Source: Escherichia coli O157:H7
Lineage (GTDB): Bacteria > Pseudomonadota > Gammaproteobacteria > Enterobacterales > Enterobacteriaceae
Direction: 5' to 3' (one strand)
Length of the DNA stretch: 64,000 bases
Assembly (NCBI RefSeq): GCF_013167455.1
Contig: NZ_CP038328.1
The notes beneath the pieces are model-generated. The model made no database searches and had not been told where the DNA came from. It was given only the letters and a program-made list of their open reading frames with translations. Shown in pieces: positions 43,429 through 59,259 of this stretch (position 1 is the first letter of the stretch; each line of letters opens with the position of its first letter). A program made the translations under genes and the position numbers.

Positions 43429-45576
43429 ATGAAAAAAGTCGTCACGGTTTGCCCCTATTGCGCATCAGGTTGCAAAATCAACCTGGTCGTCGATAACGGC
43501 AAAATCGTCCGGGCGGAGGCAGCGCAGGGGAAAACCAACCAGGGTACCCTGTGTCTGAAGGGTTATTATGGCTGGGACTTCATTAACGATACCCAGATCC
43601 TGACCCCGCGCCTGAAAACCCCCATGATCCGTCGCCAGCGTGGCGGCAAACTCGAACCTGTTTCCTGGGATGAGGCACTGAATTACGTTGCCGAGCGCCT
43701 GAGCGCCATCAAAGAGAAGTACGGTCCGGATGCCATCCAGACGACCGGCTCCTCGCGTGGTACGGGTAACGAAACCAACTATGTAATGCAAAAATTTGCG
43801 CGCGCCGTTATTGGTACCAATAACGTTGACTGCTGCGCTCGTGTCTGACACGGCCCATCGGTTGCAGGTCTGCACCAATCGGTCGGTAATGGCGCAATGA
43901 GCAATGCTATTAACGAAATTGATAATACCGATTTAGTGTTCGTTTTCGGGTACAACCCGGCGGATTCCCACCCAATCGTGGCGAATCACGTAATTAACGC
44001 TAAACGTAACGGGGCGAAAATTATCGTCTGCGATCCGCGCAAAATTGAAACCGCGCGCATTGCTGACATGCACATTGCACTGAAAAACGGCTCGAACATC
44101 GCGCTGTTGAATGCGATGGGCCATGTCATTATTGAAGAAAATCTGTACGACAAAGCATTCGTCGCTTCCCGTACAGAAGGCTTTGAAGAGTATCGTAAAA
44201 TCGTTGAAGGCTACACGCCGGAGTCGGTTGAAGATATCACCGGCGTCAGCGCCAGTGAGATTCGTCAGGCGGCACGGATGTATGCCCAGGCGAAAAGCGC
44301 CGCCATCCTGTGGGGCATGGGTGTAACCCAGTTCTACCAGGGCGTGGAAACCGTGCGTTCTCTGACCAGCCTCGCGATGCTGACCGGTAACCTCGGTAAG
44401 CCACATGCGGGTGTTAACCCGGTTCGTGGTCAGAACAACGTGCAGGGTGCCTGCGATATGGGCGCGCTGCCGGATACGTATCCGGGATACCAGTACGTAA
44501 AAGATCCGGCTAACCGCGAGAAATTCGCCAAAGCCTGGGGCGTGGAAAGCCTGCCTGCTCATACCGGTTATCGCATCAGCGAGCTGCCGCACCGCGCAGC
44601 GCATGGCGAAGTGCGTGCCGCGTACATTATGGGCGAAGATCCGCTACAAACTGACGCGGAGCTGTCGGCAGTACGTAAAGCCTTTGAAGATCTGGAACTG
44701 GTTATCGTTCAGGACATCTTTATGACCAAAACCGCGTCGGCGGCGGATGTTATTTTACCGTCAACGTCGTGGGGCGAGCATGAAGGCGTGTTTACTGCGG
44801 CTGACCGTGGCTTCCAGCGTTTCTTCAAAGCAGTTGAACCGAAATGGGATCTGAAAACGGACTGGCAAATCATCAGTGAAATCGCCACCCGTATGGGTTA
44901 TCCGATGCACTACAACAACACCCAGGAGATCTGGGATGAGTTGCGTCATCTGTGCCCGGATTTCTACGGTGCGACTTACGAGAAAATGGGCGAACTGGGC
45001 TTCATTCAGTGGCCTTGCCGCGATACTTCAGATGCCGATCAGGGGACTTCTTATCTGTTTAAAGAGAAGTTTGACACCCCGAACGGTCTGGCGCAGTTCT
45101 TCACCTGCGACTGGGTAGCGCCAATCGACAAACTCACCGACGAGTACCCGATGGTACTGTCAACGGTGCGTGAAGTTGGTCACTACTCTTGCCGTTCGAT
45201 GACCGGTAACTGTGCGGCACTGGCGGCGCTGGCTGATGAACCTGGCTACGCACAAATCAATACCGAAGACGCCAAACGTCTGAGTATTGAAGATGAGGCA
45301 TTGGTTTGGGTGCACTCGCGTAAAGGCAAAATTATCACCCGTGCGCAGGTCAGCGATCGTCCGAACAAAGGGGCGATTTACATGACCTACCAGTGGTGGA
45401 TTGGTGCCTGTAACGAGCTGGTTACCGAAAACTTAAGCCCGATTACGAAAACGCCGGAATACAAATACTGCGCCGTGCGCGTCGAGCCGATCGCCGATCA
45501 GCGCGCCGCCGAGCAGTACGTGATTGACGAGTACAACAAGTTGAAAACTCGCCTGCGCGAAGCGGCACTGGCGTAA
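43429..45576 (+). CDS. fdhF: Formate dehydrogenase H (selenocysteine- and molybdopterin-containing); UGA at 43846-43848 encodes selenocysteine
   Basis: Two collinear same-frame ORFs (43429-43848 and 43897-45576) joined by a single in-frame TGA; N-terminal Cys cluster CPYCASGC; total 715 aa. Confidence 0.93.
43849..43890 (+). other. SECIS element (SelB-binding mRNA hairpin) directing selenocysteine insertion
   Basis: cacggcccatcggttgcaggtctgcaccaatcggtcggtaatggcg directly 3' of the UGA forms an extended hairpin. Confidence 0.85.
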
Positions 45577-45590
45577 TACAGTCCTTTCTA

Positions 45591-45618
45591 CAGCCTCCTT
45601 TCGGAGGCTGTTTTTTTA
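45591..45618 (+). terminator. Rho-independent terminator after fdhF
   Basis: cagcctcc-tttc-ggaggctg hairpin followed by seven T residues. Confidence 0.8.
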
Positions 45619-45669
45619 TCCATTCGAACTCTTTATACTGGTTACTCCCTACCCAATCGTATTATCAAA

Positions 45670-46359
45670 ATGAAAAAAATTATCGCATTGATGTTGTTTT
45701 TGACATTCTTTGCCCACGCCAACGACTCCGAGCCTGGCAGCCAGTATTTAAAGGCAGCAGAGGCCGGGGACCGACGCGCACAATATTTTCTTGCCGACAG
45801 CTGGTTTAGCTCCGGCGATTTGAGCAAAGCCGAATATTGGGCACAGAAAGCCGCCGACAGCGGTGATGCTGATGCCTGCGCGCTGTTGGCGCAGATCAAA
45901 ATCACCAATCCGGTCAGTCTGGACTATCCACAAGCAAAAGTTCTTGCAGAGAAAGCGGCGCAAGCGGGCAGTAAAGAAGGTGAAGTAACGCTGGCGCATA
46001 TTCTGGTAAATACTCAAGCGGGTAAACCGGATTATCCAAAGGCGATTTCGCTGTTAGAAAACGCCTCGGAAGATCTGGAGAACGACTCTGCCGTCGATGC
46101 CCAAATGCTGCTTGGTTTGATTTACGCCAACGGCGTGGGCATTAAGGCCGACGATGACAAGGCAACCTGGTATTTCAAACGCAGCTCTGCAATTTCCCGA
46201 ACCGGTTATTCCGAGTACTGGGCGGGAATGATGTTCTTAAACGGTGAAGAAGGTTTTATCGAGAAGAACAAGCAAAAGGCGCTGCACTGGTTGAACCTGA
46301 GCTGTATGGAAGGGTTTGATACCGGGTGTGAAGAGTTTGAAAAATTAACTAACGGTTAA
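45670..46359 (+). CDS. yjcO: Sel1-repeat periplasmic protein YjcO
   Basis: 229 aa with a signal peptide and Sel1/TPR-like repeats. Confidence 0.85.
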   Translation: MKKIIALMLFLTFFAHANDSEPGSQYLKAAEAGDRRAQYFLADSWFSSGDLSKAEYWAQKAADSGDADACALLAQIKITNPVSLDYPQAKVLAEKAAQAGSKEGEVTLAHILVNTQAGKPDYPKAISLLENASEDLENDSAVDAQMLLGLIYANGVGIKADDDKATWYFKRSSAISRTGYSEYWAGMMFLNGEEGFIEKNKQKALHWLNLSCMEGFDTGCEEFEKLTNG

Positions 46360-46364
46360 GGTAG

Positions 46365-46500
46365 GCCTGATAAGACGCGTTAAGCGTCGCATCAGGCGTT
46401 GATGTCGGATGCAGCGTAAACGCCTTATCAGACCTACAAAATCACGCTAGCGCTGTCTGACGTAGGCCTGATAAGACGCACCAGCGTCGCATCAGGCATC
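46365..46500. repeat. REP/BIME cluster between yjcO and gltP
   Basis: Repeated ggcctgataagacgc...gcgtcgcatcaggc and gccttatcagacctaca units. Confidence 0.8.
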
Positions 46501-46536
46501 CACACATTGCCGGGGGATATCCCCGGCAATCTTCAA

Positions 46537-47850
46537 TTATTGATCCGCAGTTTTATCAAATTTGCCCAGCACTTCACGCTCATAAGCCAGCGCCTTTTTG
46601 CGGTCAAATTTGTGTTCCCACTTGGCAATCACCAGCACCGCCAGCGCATTACCCACCACGTTCAGTGCAGTACGCGCCATGTCGAGGATACGGTCAACAC
46701 CAGCAATAAACGCCAGACCTTCCAGCGGAATACCTACGCTACCCAGCGTTGCCAGCAACACCACAAACGACACGCCCGGCACGCCAGCAATCCCTTTCGA
46801 GGTCACCATCAGCGTCAGCACCAGAATGATTTCCTGCCAGATGGACAGGTCAATGCCATACAGCTGAGCGATGAAAATAGCGGCAATACTTTGATACAGC
46901 GTCGAACCATCAAGGTTAAAAGAGTAACCGGTCGGCACCACGAAGCTGGTGATCGACGCCGGTGCTCCGTAGGCTTCCATCTTCTCAATAATTCGCGGCA
47001 GTACGCTTTCAGAGCTGGCAGTGGAGTACGCCAGAATCAGCTCATCTTTCAGAATACGAATCAGGATCCAGACGCTTAACCCGCATAGGCGCGCCACAAT
47101 TCCCAGCACTACCAGCGCGAAGAACAGAATGGCGAAATGCACCAGCAGCACCAGTTTCGCCAGTGGCCACAGAGAAGAGAAACCAAAGTTAGCCACCGTC
47201 ACTGCAATCAGCGCAAACACACCCACCGGCGCATAACGCATCACCATGTGAGTCACTTTAAACATGGTTTCAGAGATGGAGCGGAACACGGTCACCAGCG
47301 GTTCACGATGCGTCGCGGGCAGGGAGGAAAGCCCCAGACCAAACAGCACCGAGAAGAAGATGATCGGCAACATTTCGCCTTTCGCCATCGACGCCACAAT
47401 ATTCGTCGGCACCAGCGACAAAATCGTGCCCATAATGCCGTGGGAACTGCTTTGTACCGCTTCCGTAGTGCTCTGATATTTCGAGATATCGACGGTCGCC
47501 AGCTGCGACATATCCACCCCGGCACCGGGCTGGAAGACGTTCGCCAGAGTGATCCCCAAAATGATGGCAACGGTGGTGATCACCTCGAAGTAGATAATGG
47601 TTTTCGCGCCAATACGCCCGAGCTGTTTGGCATCACCAACACCCGCGATACCCACCACCAGCGTGGAGATCACAATCGGCACAACAATCATTTTGATCAG
47701 ATGGATGAAGATATCACCCGCCGGAGAGAGCAAATTGACGACCAGCCAGTCGCGGCTGTCGCTATGGTAGTGCAGGTAGCTTCCCAGGAGAATGCCCAGC
47801 ACCATAGCAAACAGAATCTGCCAGGCCAGGCTGAATTTTATATTTTTCAT
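46537..47850 (-). CDS. gltP: Glutamate/aspartate:H+ symporter
   Basis: 437 aa starting MKNIKFSLAWQILFAMVLGILLG; DAACS family. Confidence 0.93.
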   Translation of the reverse strand: MKNIKFSLAWQILFAMVLGILLGSYLHYHSDSRDWLVVNLLSPAGDIFIHLIKMIVVPIVISTLVVGIAGVGDAKQLGRIGAKTIIYFEVITTVAIILGITLANVFQPGAGVDMSQLATVDISKYQSTTEAVQSSSHGIMGTILSLVPTNIVASMAKGEMLPIIFFSVLFGLGLSSLPATHREPLVTVFRSISETMFKVTHMVMRYAPVGVFALIAVTVANFGFSSLWPLAKLVLLVHFAILFFALVVLGIVARLCGLSVWILIRILKDELILAYSTASSESVLPRIIEKMEAYGAPASITSFVVPTGYSFNLDGSTLYQSIAAIFIAQLYGIDLSIWQEIILVLTLMVTSKGIAGVPGVSFVVLLATLGSVGIPLEGLAFIAGVDRILDMARTALNVVGNALAVLVIAKWEHKFDRKKALAYEREVLGKFDKTADQ

Positions 47851-48191
47851 ATGAATGACTTCCTCAATGGAGCGCCGTTCCCCGTTCAGAAACGCGAGAA
47901 CGTGACATACTGCCAGGGCATGAATTGTGTTGCGTTGGTTTGTAGATTTTTTTAACGCTTATGATCAGTATCATTTGCGCGGTATGTTGCGCAACCCTTT
48001 AACAACAGAGCTTTTCGCTGCATTAATGCATAATAACGCGAGTTTATGGCAGGATTAATGAATAACCATTTGTTATGGAAAGATTTTTATTTGTTTAATC
48101 TGCAATAATACTGATTAGTGATTATTTTTGGCATATGTTCATTCGATTATTTTTTATGCAGCTCAATAACATAATCTTCATCACCAGATGA

Positions 48192-48788
48192 TTAATCCGA
48201 TCTCCGCTGCAACAATTTCGCCATATTAATCGACTCGACCAGCTGTGTCCGGTTGATCCGGGGTGAGTTGAGATCCATCACTTTTTGCCATAGTTCGATG
48301 GCTTGCGCGTAATTCGCCTGCATAAACGCATCGGAAGCCAGCAGCATCAGAGCGGTGATTTCGTTAGAGTCCAGCGCGAGGGCTTTGTCGATCATTGCGC
48401 GAGTCTGGGCGGTCATATGCTGGCTGGCCTGGTAATAAAGCACCGTCGCCAGCGCCGCATACAGTTCAGCGTTCTCACCACGTAGTTGCAACGCCTGACG
48501 GTACGCCAGCAGCGAATTGCTGTAATCGTTTTGCCACAGATAGTACTCGCCCAGTAACGCCCACTGTTCGCTGTTTTGTGGATTAGCGCGGATTTTATCC
48601 TGCAATGCCTGAAGCTGCGCTTCCGGGTTTTGCTGGCTGGCAAACTGATGTAGCGGATCGCGCTGACGCTGATACTCCGCACGTACCGCCTGCCATTTTG
48701 GGCTTAACAGATAACTACCGATACAGAGGAATACCATCAATATCGTGAGTGTTGTCAGCATTTTCACCGGTATTTGAGGCTGTTTCAT
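48192..48788 (-). CDS. nrfG: Cytochrome c nitrite reductase maturation TPR protein NrfG
   Basis: Starts MKQPQIPVK with TPR repeats; overlaps the nrfF stop. The track start at 48854 is an extension. Confidence 0.85.
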   Translation of the reverse strand: MKQPQIPVKMLTTLTILMVFLCIGSYLLSPKWQAVRAEYQRQRDPLHQFASQQNPEAQLQALQDKIRANPQNSEQWALLGEYYLWQNDYSNSLLAYRQALQLRGENAELYAALATVLYYQASQHMTAQTRAMIDKALALDSNEITALMLLASDAFMQANYAQAIELWQKVMDLNSPRINRTQLVESINMAKLLQRRSD

Positions 48789-49168
48789 CGCTTCGCCCTC
48801 ACTCGCCAGAGGATCAGTGCCATCAGCAGTAACAACACCACTGGCAGCGCCCACAACACCAGCGTCTGACCCGTTAACGGTGGGTTATAGCGAACAAAAT
48901 CTCCGTAGCGTTCGGTCATCCAGCCAATGATTTCGACTTCACTTTTCCCCTCCGCCACCATGCTGTAAACCTGATGGCGCATACTGACTGCCACCGGCGC
49001 GTTGGATTCCAGTAAGTTTTGATTCTGGCACTGCGGACAACGTAACTGGCTGGCAATATTTAACGCCTGTTGCTGTTGTTGCGGATTGGCGAATTGCCAG
49101 GTGTCTACAACCTGAGCGCGCGCAAAACAGGTAAATAACAGCAGTAGCGTGAGAAGCCCTTTATACAT
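48785..49168 (-). CDS. nrfF: NrfF (CcmH-like heme lyase subunit)
   Basis: 127 aa with a signal peptide and a CxxC motif (LRCPQCQNQ). Confidence 0.88.
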   Translation of the reverse strand: MYKGLLTLLLLFTCFARAQVVDTWQFANPQQQQQALNIASQLRCPQCQNQNLLESNAPVAVSMRHQVYSMVAEGKSEVEIIGWMTERYGDFVRYNPPLTGQTLVLWALPVVLLLLMALILWRVRAKR

Positions 49169-50840
49169 CGCGCTTCTTCCCCCGCCATCCGCTTAACAAT
49201 GCGCCCGCAATCATCAACAATCCTCCCCCCCAGATCCAGCGCACACCGCTTTGTACATACAAGCGAAAAGCGTAACGATCCGCTCCAGTTTTCTCCCCCA
49301 TGACCGCATACCAGTCATGGATGCCGTTCCAGCGAATTGACGGTTCCATCATTTGCTGACGACGAGCTTCGTAAAAACGCCGCTCCGGCGTTAATTCACC
49401 AATGCGTTGCTGATGGTCAAACAGCGCCACTATCGCTTTTTCGCTGGTGTAATTGCCTTTGGCTTGCAGATCGAGGCGCTCAAAACGGAAGGTGTATCCT
49501 GCCAGCGTCACCTGCTGACCCGGCTGTAAATTCAGGCTGATCTCCTGACGGCTGACGCTGGAGACAACGATCCCTGCGGCAAATAACAGTATGCCCGCAT
49601 GCGCCAGCAGCGCCGGAAGCTGCGCGCGTTTGCCAGAGACAAACGTCGCCAGCACAATCACCACCAACATCAACAGACCAAACGGTAACGTCGCGCGGTT
49701 AAAATACGGTGCGCCAACGGAGAGACGTCCCCAGCCCAGCAGGCCGTAAATCATCGGATAAAGCGTTCCCACCAGCACGATCAGTAGCACTGCGCAAAAC
49801 AGCAACAGCGTAGCGAGGATTAACATTTCCCGCGATAACCCCGAAAAACGCACCGCCGGGCCACCGTCCCGCGCTCGCCAGCCATACAGAGCCAGAGACG
49901 CAAGGCTAATCAGTGCAAACAGGCTGAACAACGGCACAGCGCGAACGTTATCCAGAGCGAACGCATGAACCGAAACCAGAATGCCAGAACGGACAATTAA
50001 GGTGCCCAGCAGCGACAGCATCAGAGTAACTATCGCCAACAACAGCGACCAGTGGCGAAAAATCCCCCGCTGGCGTGTCAGGGATAAACTGTGCAGCAGC
50101 GCAGTGGCAGAAAGCCAGGGTAATAAAGAGGCGTTTTCCACCGGATCCCAGAACCACCAGCCGCCCCAGCCGAGTTCGCAGTAGGCCCACCAGGAACCGA
50201 GGATGATCCCCGCAGTTAATGCACTCCAGCCAGGTAACGCCCAGCGCCAGCAAATTCGGGCGCAGGCACCATCAAACTCGCCGCGCAGTAGACTCGCCAG
50301 CGCCACGCTCGCCGCTACCATCAAACCGCCATAGCCAAGGTAAAGCAGCGGTGGATGAAAGATAAGACCGGGATGTTGCAGCATCGGATTGAGATCGCGG
50401 CCTTCGATTGCTGGTGGAAATATCCGCACGAAGGGATCGGACCACAGCACTACAAACAGTAGCAGTGCGGCGAGCATGAGAGATAAAACGGCTAGCGTCA
50501 GCGGAAATAGCGGATCGGTTTGCTGCCGATATTGCCAGGCAAACAGCGCGCTCCAGGCGGAAAGCAGCAGCACCCAAAGCAGCAGCGAACCTTCATGACC
50601 GCCCCACACCGCCGCCAGTTTGAGTTTCCACGACAGCAAGCTGTAGCTATGTTGGGCGACATAAATGACCGAGAAATCGCTGATGAGAAAACAATACGTC
50701 AGTACGCCAAAGGCGAGCAGCAGGAGCGCGAACTGTGCCAGAATGCCGATGCAAGTGAGTCGCATCATGGCAGGCCAGCGCAACCGCACTCCCGCAAAGG
50801 CCGTCAACGGGGTCAACACGTTGACCCCGAGACTTAACAA
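49161..50840 (-). CDS. nrfE: NrfE (CcmF-like heme lyase); start uncertain by a few codons
   Basis: About 555-aa polytopic membrane protein with CcmF-like W-rich segments (WAYCELGWGGWWFWDPVEN). Confidence 0.85.
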   Translation of the reverse strand: MLSLGVNVLTPLTAFAGVRLRWPAMMRLTCIGILAQFALLLLAFGVLTYCFLISDFSVIYVAQHSYSLLSWKLKLAAVWGGHEGSLLLWVLLLSAWSALFAWQYRQQTDPLFPLTLAVLSLMLAALLLFVVLWSDPFVRIFPPAIEGRDLNPMLQHPGLIFHPPLLYLGYGGLMVAASVALASLLRGEFDGACARICWRWALPGWSALTAGIILGSWWAYCELGWGGWWFWDPVENASLLPWLSATALLHSLSLTRQRGIFRHWSLLLAIVTLMLSLLGTLIVRSGILVSVHAFALDNVRAVPLFSLFALISLASLALYGWRARDGGPAVRFSGLSREMLILATLLLFCAVLLIVLVGTLYPMIYGLLGWGRLSVGAPYFNRATLPFGLLMLVVIVLATFVSGKRAQLPALLAHAGILLFAAGIVVSSVSRQEISLNLQPGQQVTLAGYTFRFERLDLQAKGNYTSEKAIVALFDHQQRIGELTPERRFYEARRQQMMEPSIRWNGIHDWYAVMGEKTGADRYAFRLYVQSGVRWIWGGGLLMIAGALLSGWRGKKRDV

Positions 50841-50898
50841 CAGCGCCAGAAAACCGACTTCAGGAAGGAATACGTCCAGAAACCACCTCTGTTCTGGC

Positions 50899-51855
50899 TT
50901 ACGCCACCGTTAACTGCCCGGCGTAGAGAATGAAAAATCGCAACATCAACACGCCGACCAGACTGGCCCCACACGCCGCCAGCACGGCAGGAATGCCGGA
51001 ACTGCGATTGACCCACGGTTTGAACAACATTGGCACAATCAGCCCCAGCCCGGCGACACCAAGCCAGAACCACCACGTCCAGAAACCGCCGCCCAATGCC
51101 GCCACCAGCGCACGCACTTTACCGTCATCGCCCAGCGCCAGACCGACAAAAAACGCCGCCAGCAGGAAGATTTCACCCCATACCACGGGGATTTCCATAC
51201 GGTGTACAAACTGCGCTTCCGTGGAATGCGGGTTACTGCGTTGGCGTATCGCCATGGCGATCAGTGCCACCGCCGCACCGGACGAGATGCCGGAGAAGAG
51301 GAACAGCACCGGCAGGATCGGGTTATTAAGGAACGGATACGATTTCAGCGCCGACAGCAGAAAACCGGTATAAGCCCCCAACAACACCGCCAGCACCAGC
51401 ATCAATGTTTCCAGTCCGCGATGAACGGGCGTCAGCAGGCTCAGAACCTTTTGCACGATCCCCAGCTTCGGCAACCAGCGTTGTTGCAGGGCAAGCAAAT
51501 CATGTTCAAAGATTTTCGCCAGCCACAGCACCAGCACCACCATGTAAAGCTGAAACAGCATCACCCCCATCGACATCACCGAAGTAAAACTGTAGTGGAA
51601 CATCAGCTTCCAGAAGGTCCACGGTCTTGTCAGGTGGAAGACGAGGCTCAACAGACCGAGGATCACCGCGCCAGGTCCGACAATCAGCGTGGTGCGCAGC
51701 AACGTGCTGTCTGCACCGCCCGCCTGCGGGTAGAAGCGACGTAACAGCACGGCCAGCGTCACCAGACCGGCAGAAATACCAATCAAAAACAGGTAGATGG
51801 CAATCGGCCAGTCCCACACCAGCGATTCAAAATGAAATGCGGAAGTCTGCGTCAT
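50899..51855 (-). CDS. nrfD: NrfD membrane quinol dehydrogenase subunit
   Basis: 318-aa polytopic membrane protein; stop of nrfC overlaps its start. Confidence 0.88.
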   Translation of the reverse strand: MTQTSAFHFESLVWDWPIAIYLFLIGISAGLVTLAVLLRRFYPQAGGADSTLLRTTLIVGPGAVILGLLSLVFHLTRPWTFWKLMFHYSFTSVMSMGVMLFQLYMVVLVLWLAKIFEHDLLALQQRWLPKLGIVQKVLSLLTPVHRGLETLMLVLAVLLGAYTGFLLSALKSYPFLNNPILPVLFLFSGISSGAAVALIAMAIRQRSNPHSTEAQFVHRMEIPVVWGEIFLLAAFFVGLALGDDGKVRALVAALGGGFWTWWFWLGVAGLGLIVPMLFKPWVNRSSGIPAVLAACGASLVGVLMLRFFILYAGQLTVA

Positions 51856-52523
51856 TGGCTCACCTCCCCGTATTTAAACGGTACGCGGTACAGCTTCGGT
51901 TTGGTTCCCAGCGCCAGCTTGTAGCGGTAAGTGGGCTTCTGGCGCAGCAGTTGCGAAATCTCACTGTTGGGATCGTCCAGATTGCCAAACGTCAGCGCCT
52001 TCGTCGGGCAAGCCTCAACGCACGCGGGAAGCTTACCGGCCTGCAAATTGGTCTTACGGCAGAAATCGCATTTGTCCGCTGTCTTCGTGACCGGATGAAT
52101 AAAGCGCACGCGGTACGGACAGGCGGCGATGCAGTACTGACAACCGACGCAGAGATCCGGATTAACATCGACAATCCCACTGGCAGCATCGCGAAAAGAT
52201 GCACCGGTCGGGCAGACGTCAACGCACGGCGCATGATCGCAGTGCTGGCAAGACTTACGGAAGAAGCGATATTTCACATCAGGAAATTCGCCCTGCGGCT
52301 CGCTACGAATAATCGTCAGGCGCGAGACGCCTTCCGGCACCTTGTTCACTTCCCGACAAGCATCCATACAGGCGGTACAGCCGATGCATAACGACTCGTC
52401 ATGCACCATGCCGTAACGCACCCCATTGATATTCAACGTTTTCGCCACCACGCGCCCTGCGGTGCCGCTGACGGCTGCCAGCACGCCGACGCCGGTGAGA
52501 AACTGGCGACGAGACCAGGTCAT
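51852..52523 (-). CDS. nrfC: NrfC 4Fe-4S ferredoxin-type subunit with Tat signal
   Basis: 223 aa with a twin-arginine motif (SRRQFLTG) and several CxxCxxCxxxCP clusters. Confidence 0.9.
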
Positions 52524-53086
52524 GGCTGCTCCTTAAGCAACGGAACAGACGCCGGGTTAAAGTTCGGATTGGTGCGCTGATCGCTGTGGCAATCGACGCA
52601 AATCTTAATCCGTCCTTTGTCACTTAACGTCTGCATCGTATCTTGCTGTGGATGCAGGGAATGGCAGCTGGCGCACGCCACTTTGGTTACGTGGACATCG
52701 TGCGGCCAGAACGCTTTTTGCAACTGTTCCGGCAGATGGCAGGACATACAGACGCTGTTCTGCTCTCCAACCTTGTACATCGGCTCGTTAAAGCGCATCA
52801 CATCTTTCACCCCTTCGCGGTGTTGCGGTGATGGCTGGCCGTGACAGTTGGTGCAGGTGACCGGCAGTTTGTTATTCGGGTTGATAACGGAAGCATGTTT
52901 GCCATGCATACCTTCGGTATCTGGCTTATGACAGTCCAGACAGGCGGCATCCGGGTTACGCTGCTGGGTAACTTCGTAGCGATCATCAGATGCCTGCGCC
53001 GCAGGGGTAGCGGTAATTCCGTTCAGGCTCCACAACAGGCCCGACGCCAGCACCCCGGCAGTTAATAACGAACGTAATACGCTCAT
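52520..53086 (-). CDS. nrfB: NrfB pentaheme cytochrome c
   Basis: 188 aa with five CxxCH motifs (CLDCH, CTNCH, CMSCH, CASCH, CVDCH). Confidence 0.9.
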
Positions 53087-53130
53087 ATTCACTCCATTGT
53101 GTTTTCCGCCCCTTGCGAGGCGGAACGGGG

Positions 53131-54609
<1,479 letters not shown>

Positions 54610-54959
54610 TTATTGTTTTTCACGACAGTAACCGCACCTACACTGTCATGACATTGCTCGCCCCTAAGTGTAACAAATAACCACACTGTGAATGTTGTCT
54701 TTAATCAATTGTAAGTGCATGTAAAATACCACTTTAGAGTTAGTCAGTATCTTCCTCTTTTTCAACAGCATGCATAACTGCATGTTCCTCAAAGAATTAA
54801 TCAACTTTTGTTGCTGACCTTCAAAAATTACCCTGCCGTTTATTTGCACAATTCTACTTTTGCGTGATCTGTCGCCCAAATACTAAACAAAACTGCCAAT
54901 ACCCCTACATTTAACGCTTATGCCACATATTATTAACATCCTACAAGGAGAACAAAAGC

Positions 54960-56918
<1,959 letters not shown>

Positions 56919-56919
56919 C

Positions 56920-57040
56920 CCACAATTGCCGGATGCGAGTCGGTAACGGTTTGTAGGCCTGATAAGACGCGACAGCGTCGCATCAGGCATTGATTGCCGG
57001 ATGCGGCGTATAACGCCTTATCCGGCCTACATTCGGCAAG
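56920..57040. repeat. REP/BIME element between acs and yjcH
   Basis: gccggatgcg...ggcctgataagacgcgacagcgtcgcatcaggc...gccttatccggcctaca. Confidence 0.8.
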
Positions 57041-57118
57041 GGTTACCCGAGCGTTAACCTTCTCCCATAAGGGAGCGGGAATTAAAACAATCCCTACATT
57101 ACCTCTGGAGAATCTGTG

Positions 57119-59079
<1,961 letters not shown>

Positions 59080-59259
59080 TCTCTCCCCTTCCCCGGTCGT
59101 CTGACCGGGGAATACTCTTCCTCTCCCAAATGCATCACCTTTTCCCATAATATTAAACAAATAAACTCATTAAAAAAAAATGAGCGATTTTTGACAGTCG
59201 TAGAAAATGATAATGCAGAGAATATGCCTTTTCTTTCTTGTTAATTATAAGGATATTTT

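Noticed and set aside
43429..43848. A separate 139-aa gene ending at TGA upstream of a 559-aa gene
   Set aside because: The two ORFs are in the same frame, collinear and followed by a SECIS hairpin; this is one selenoprotein gene, fdhF.
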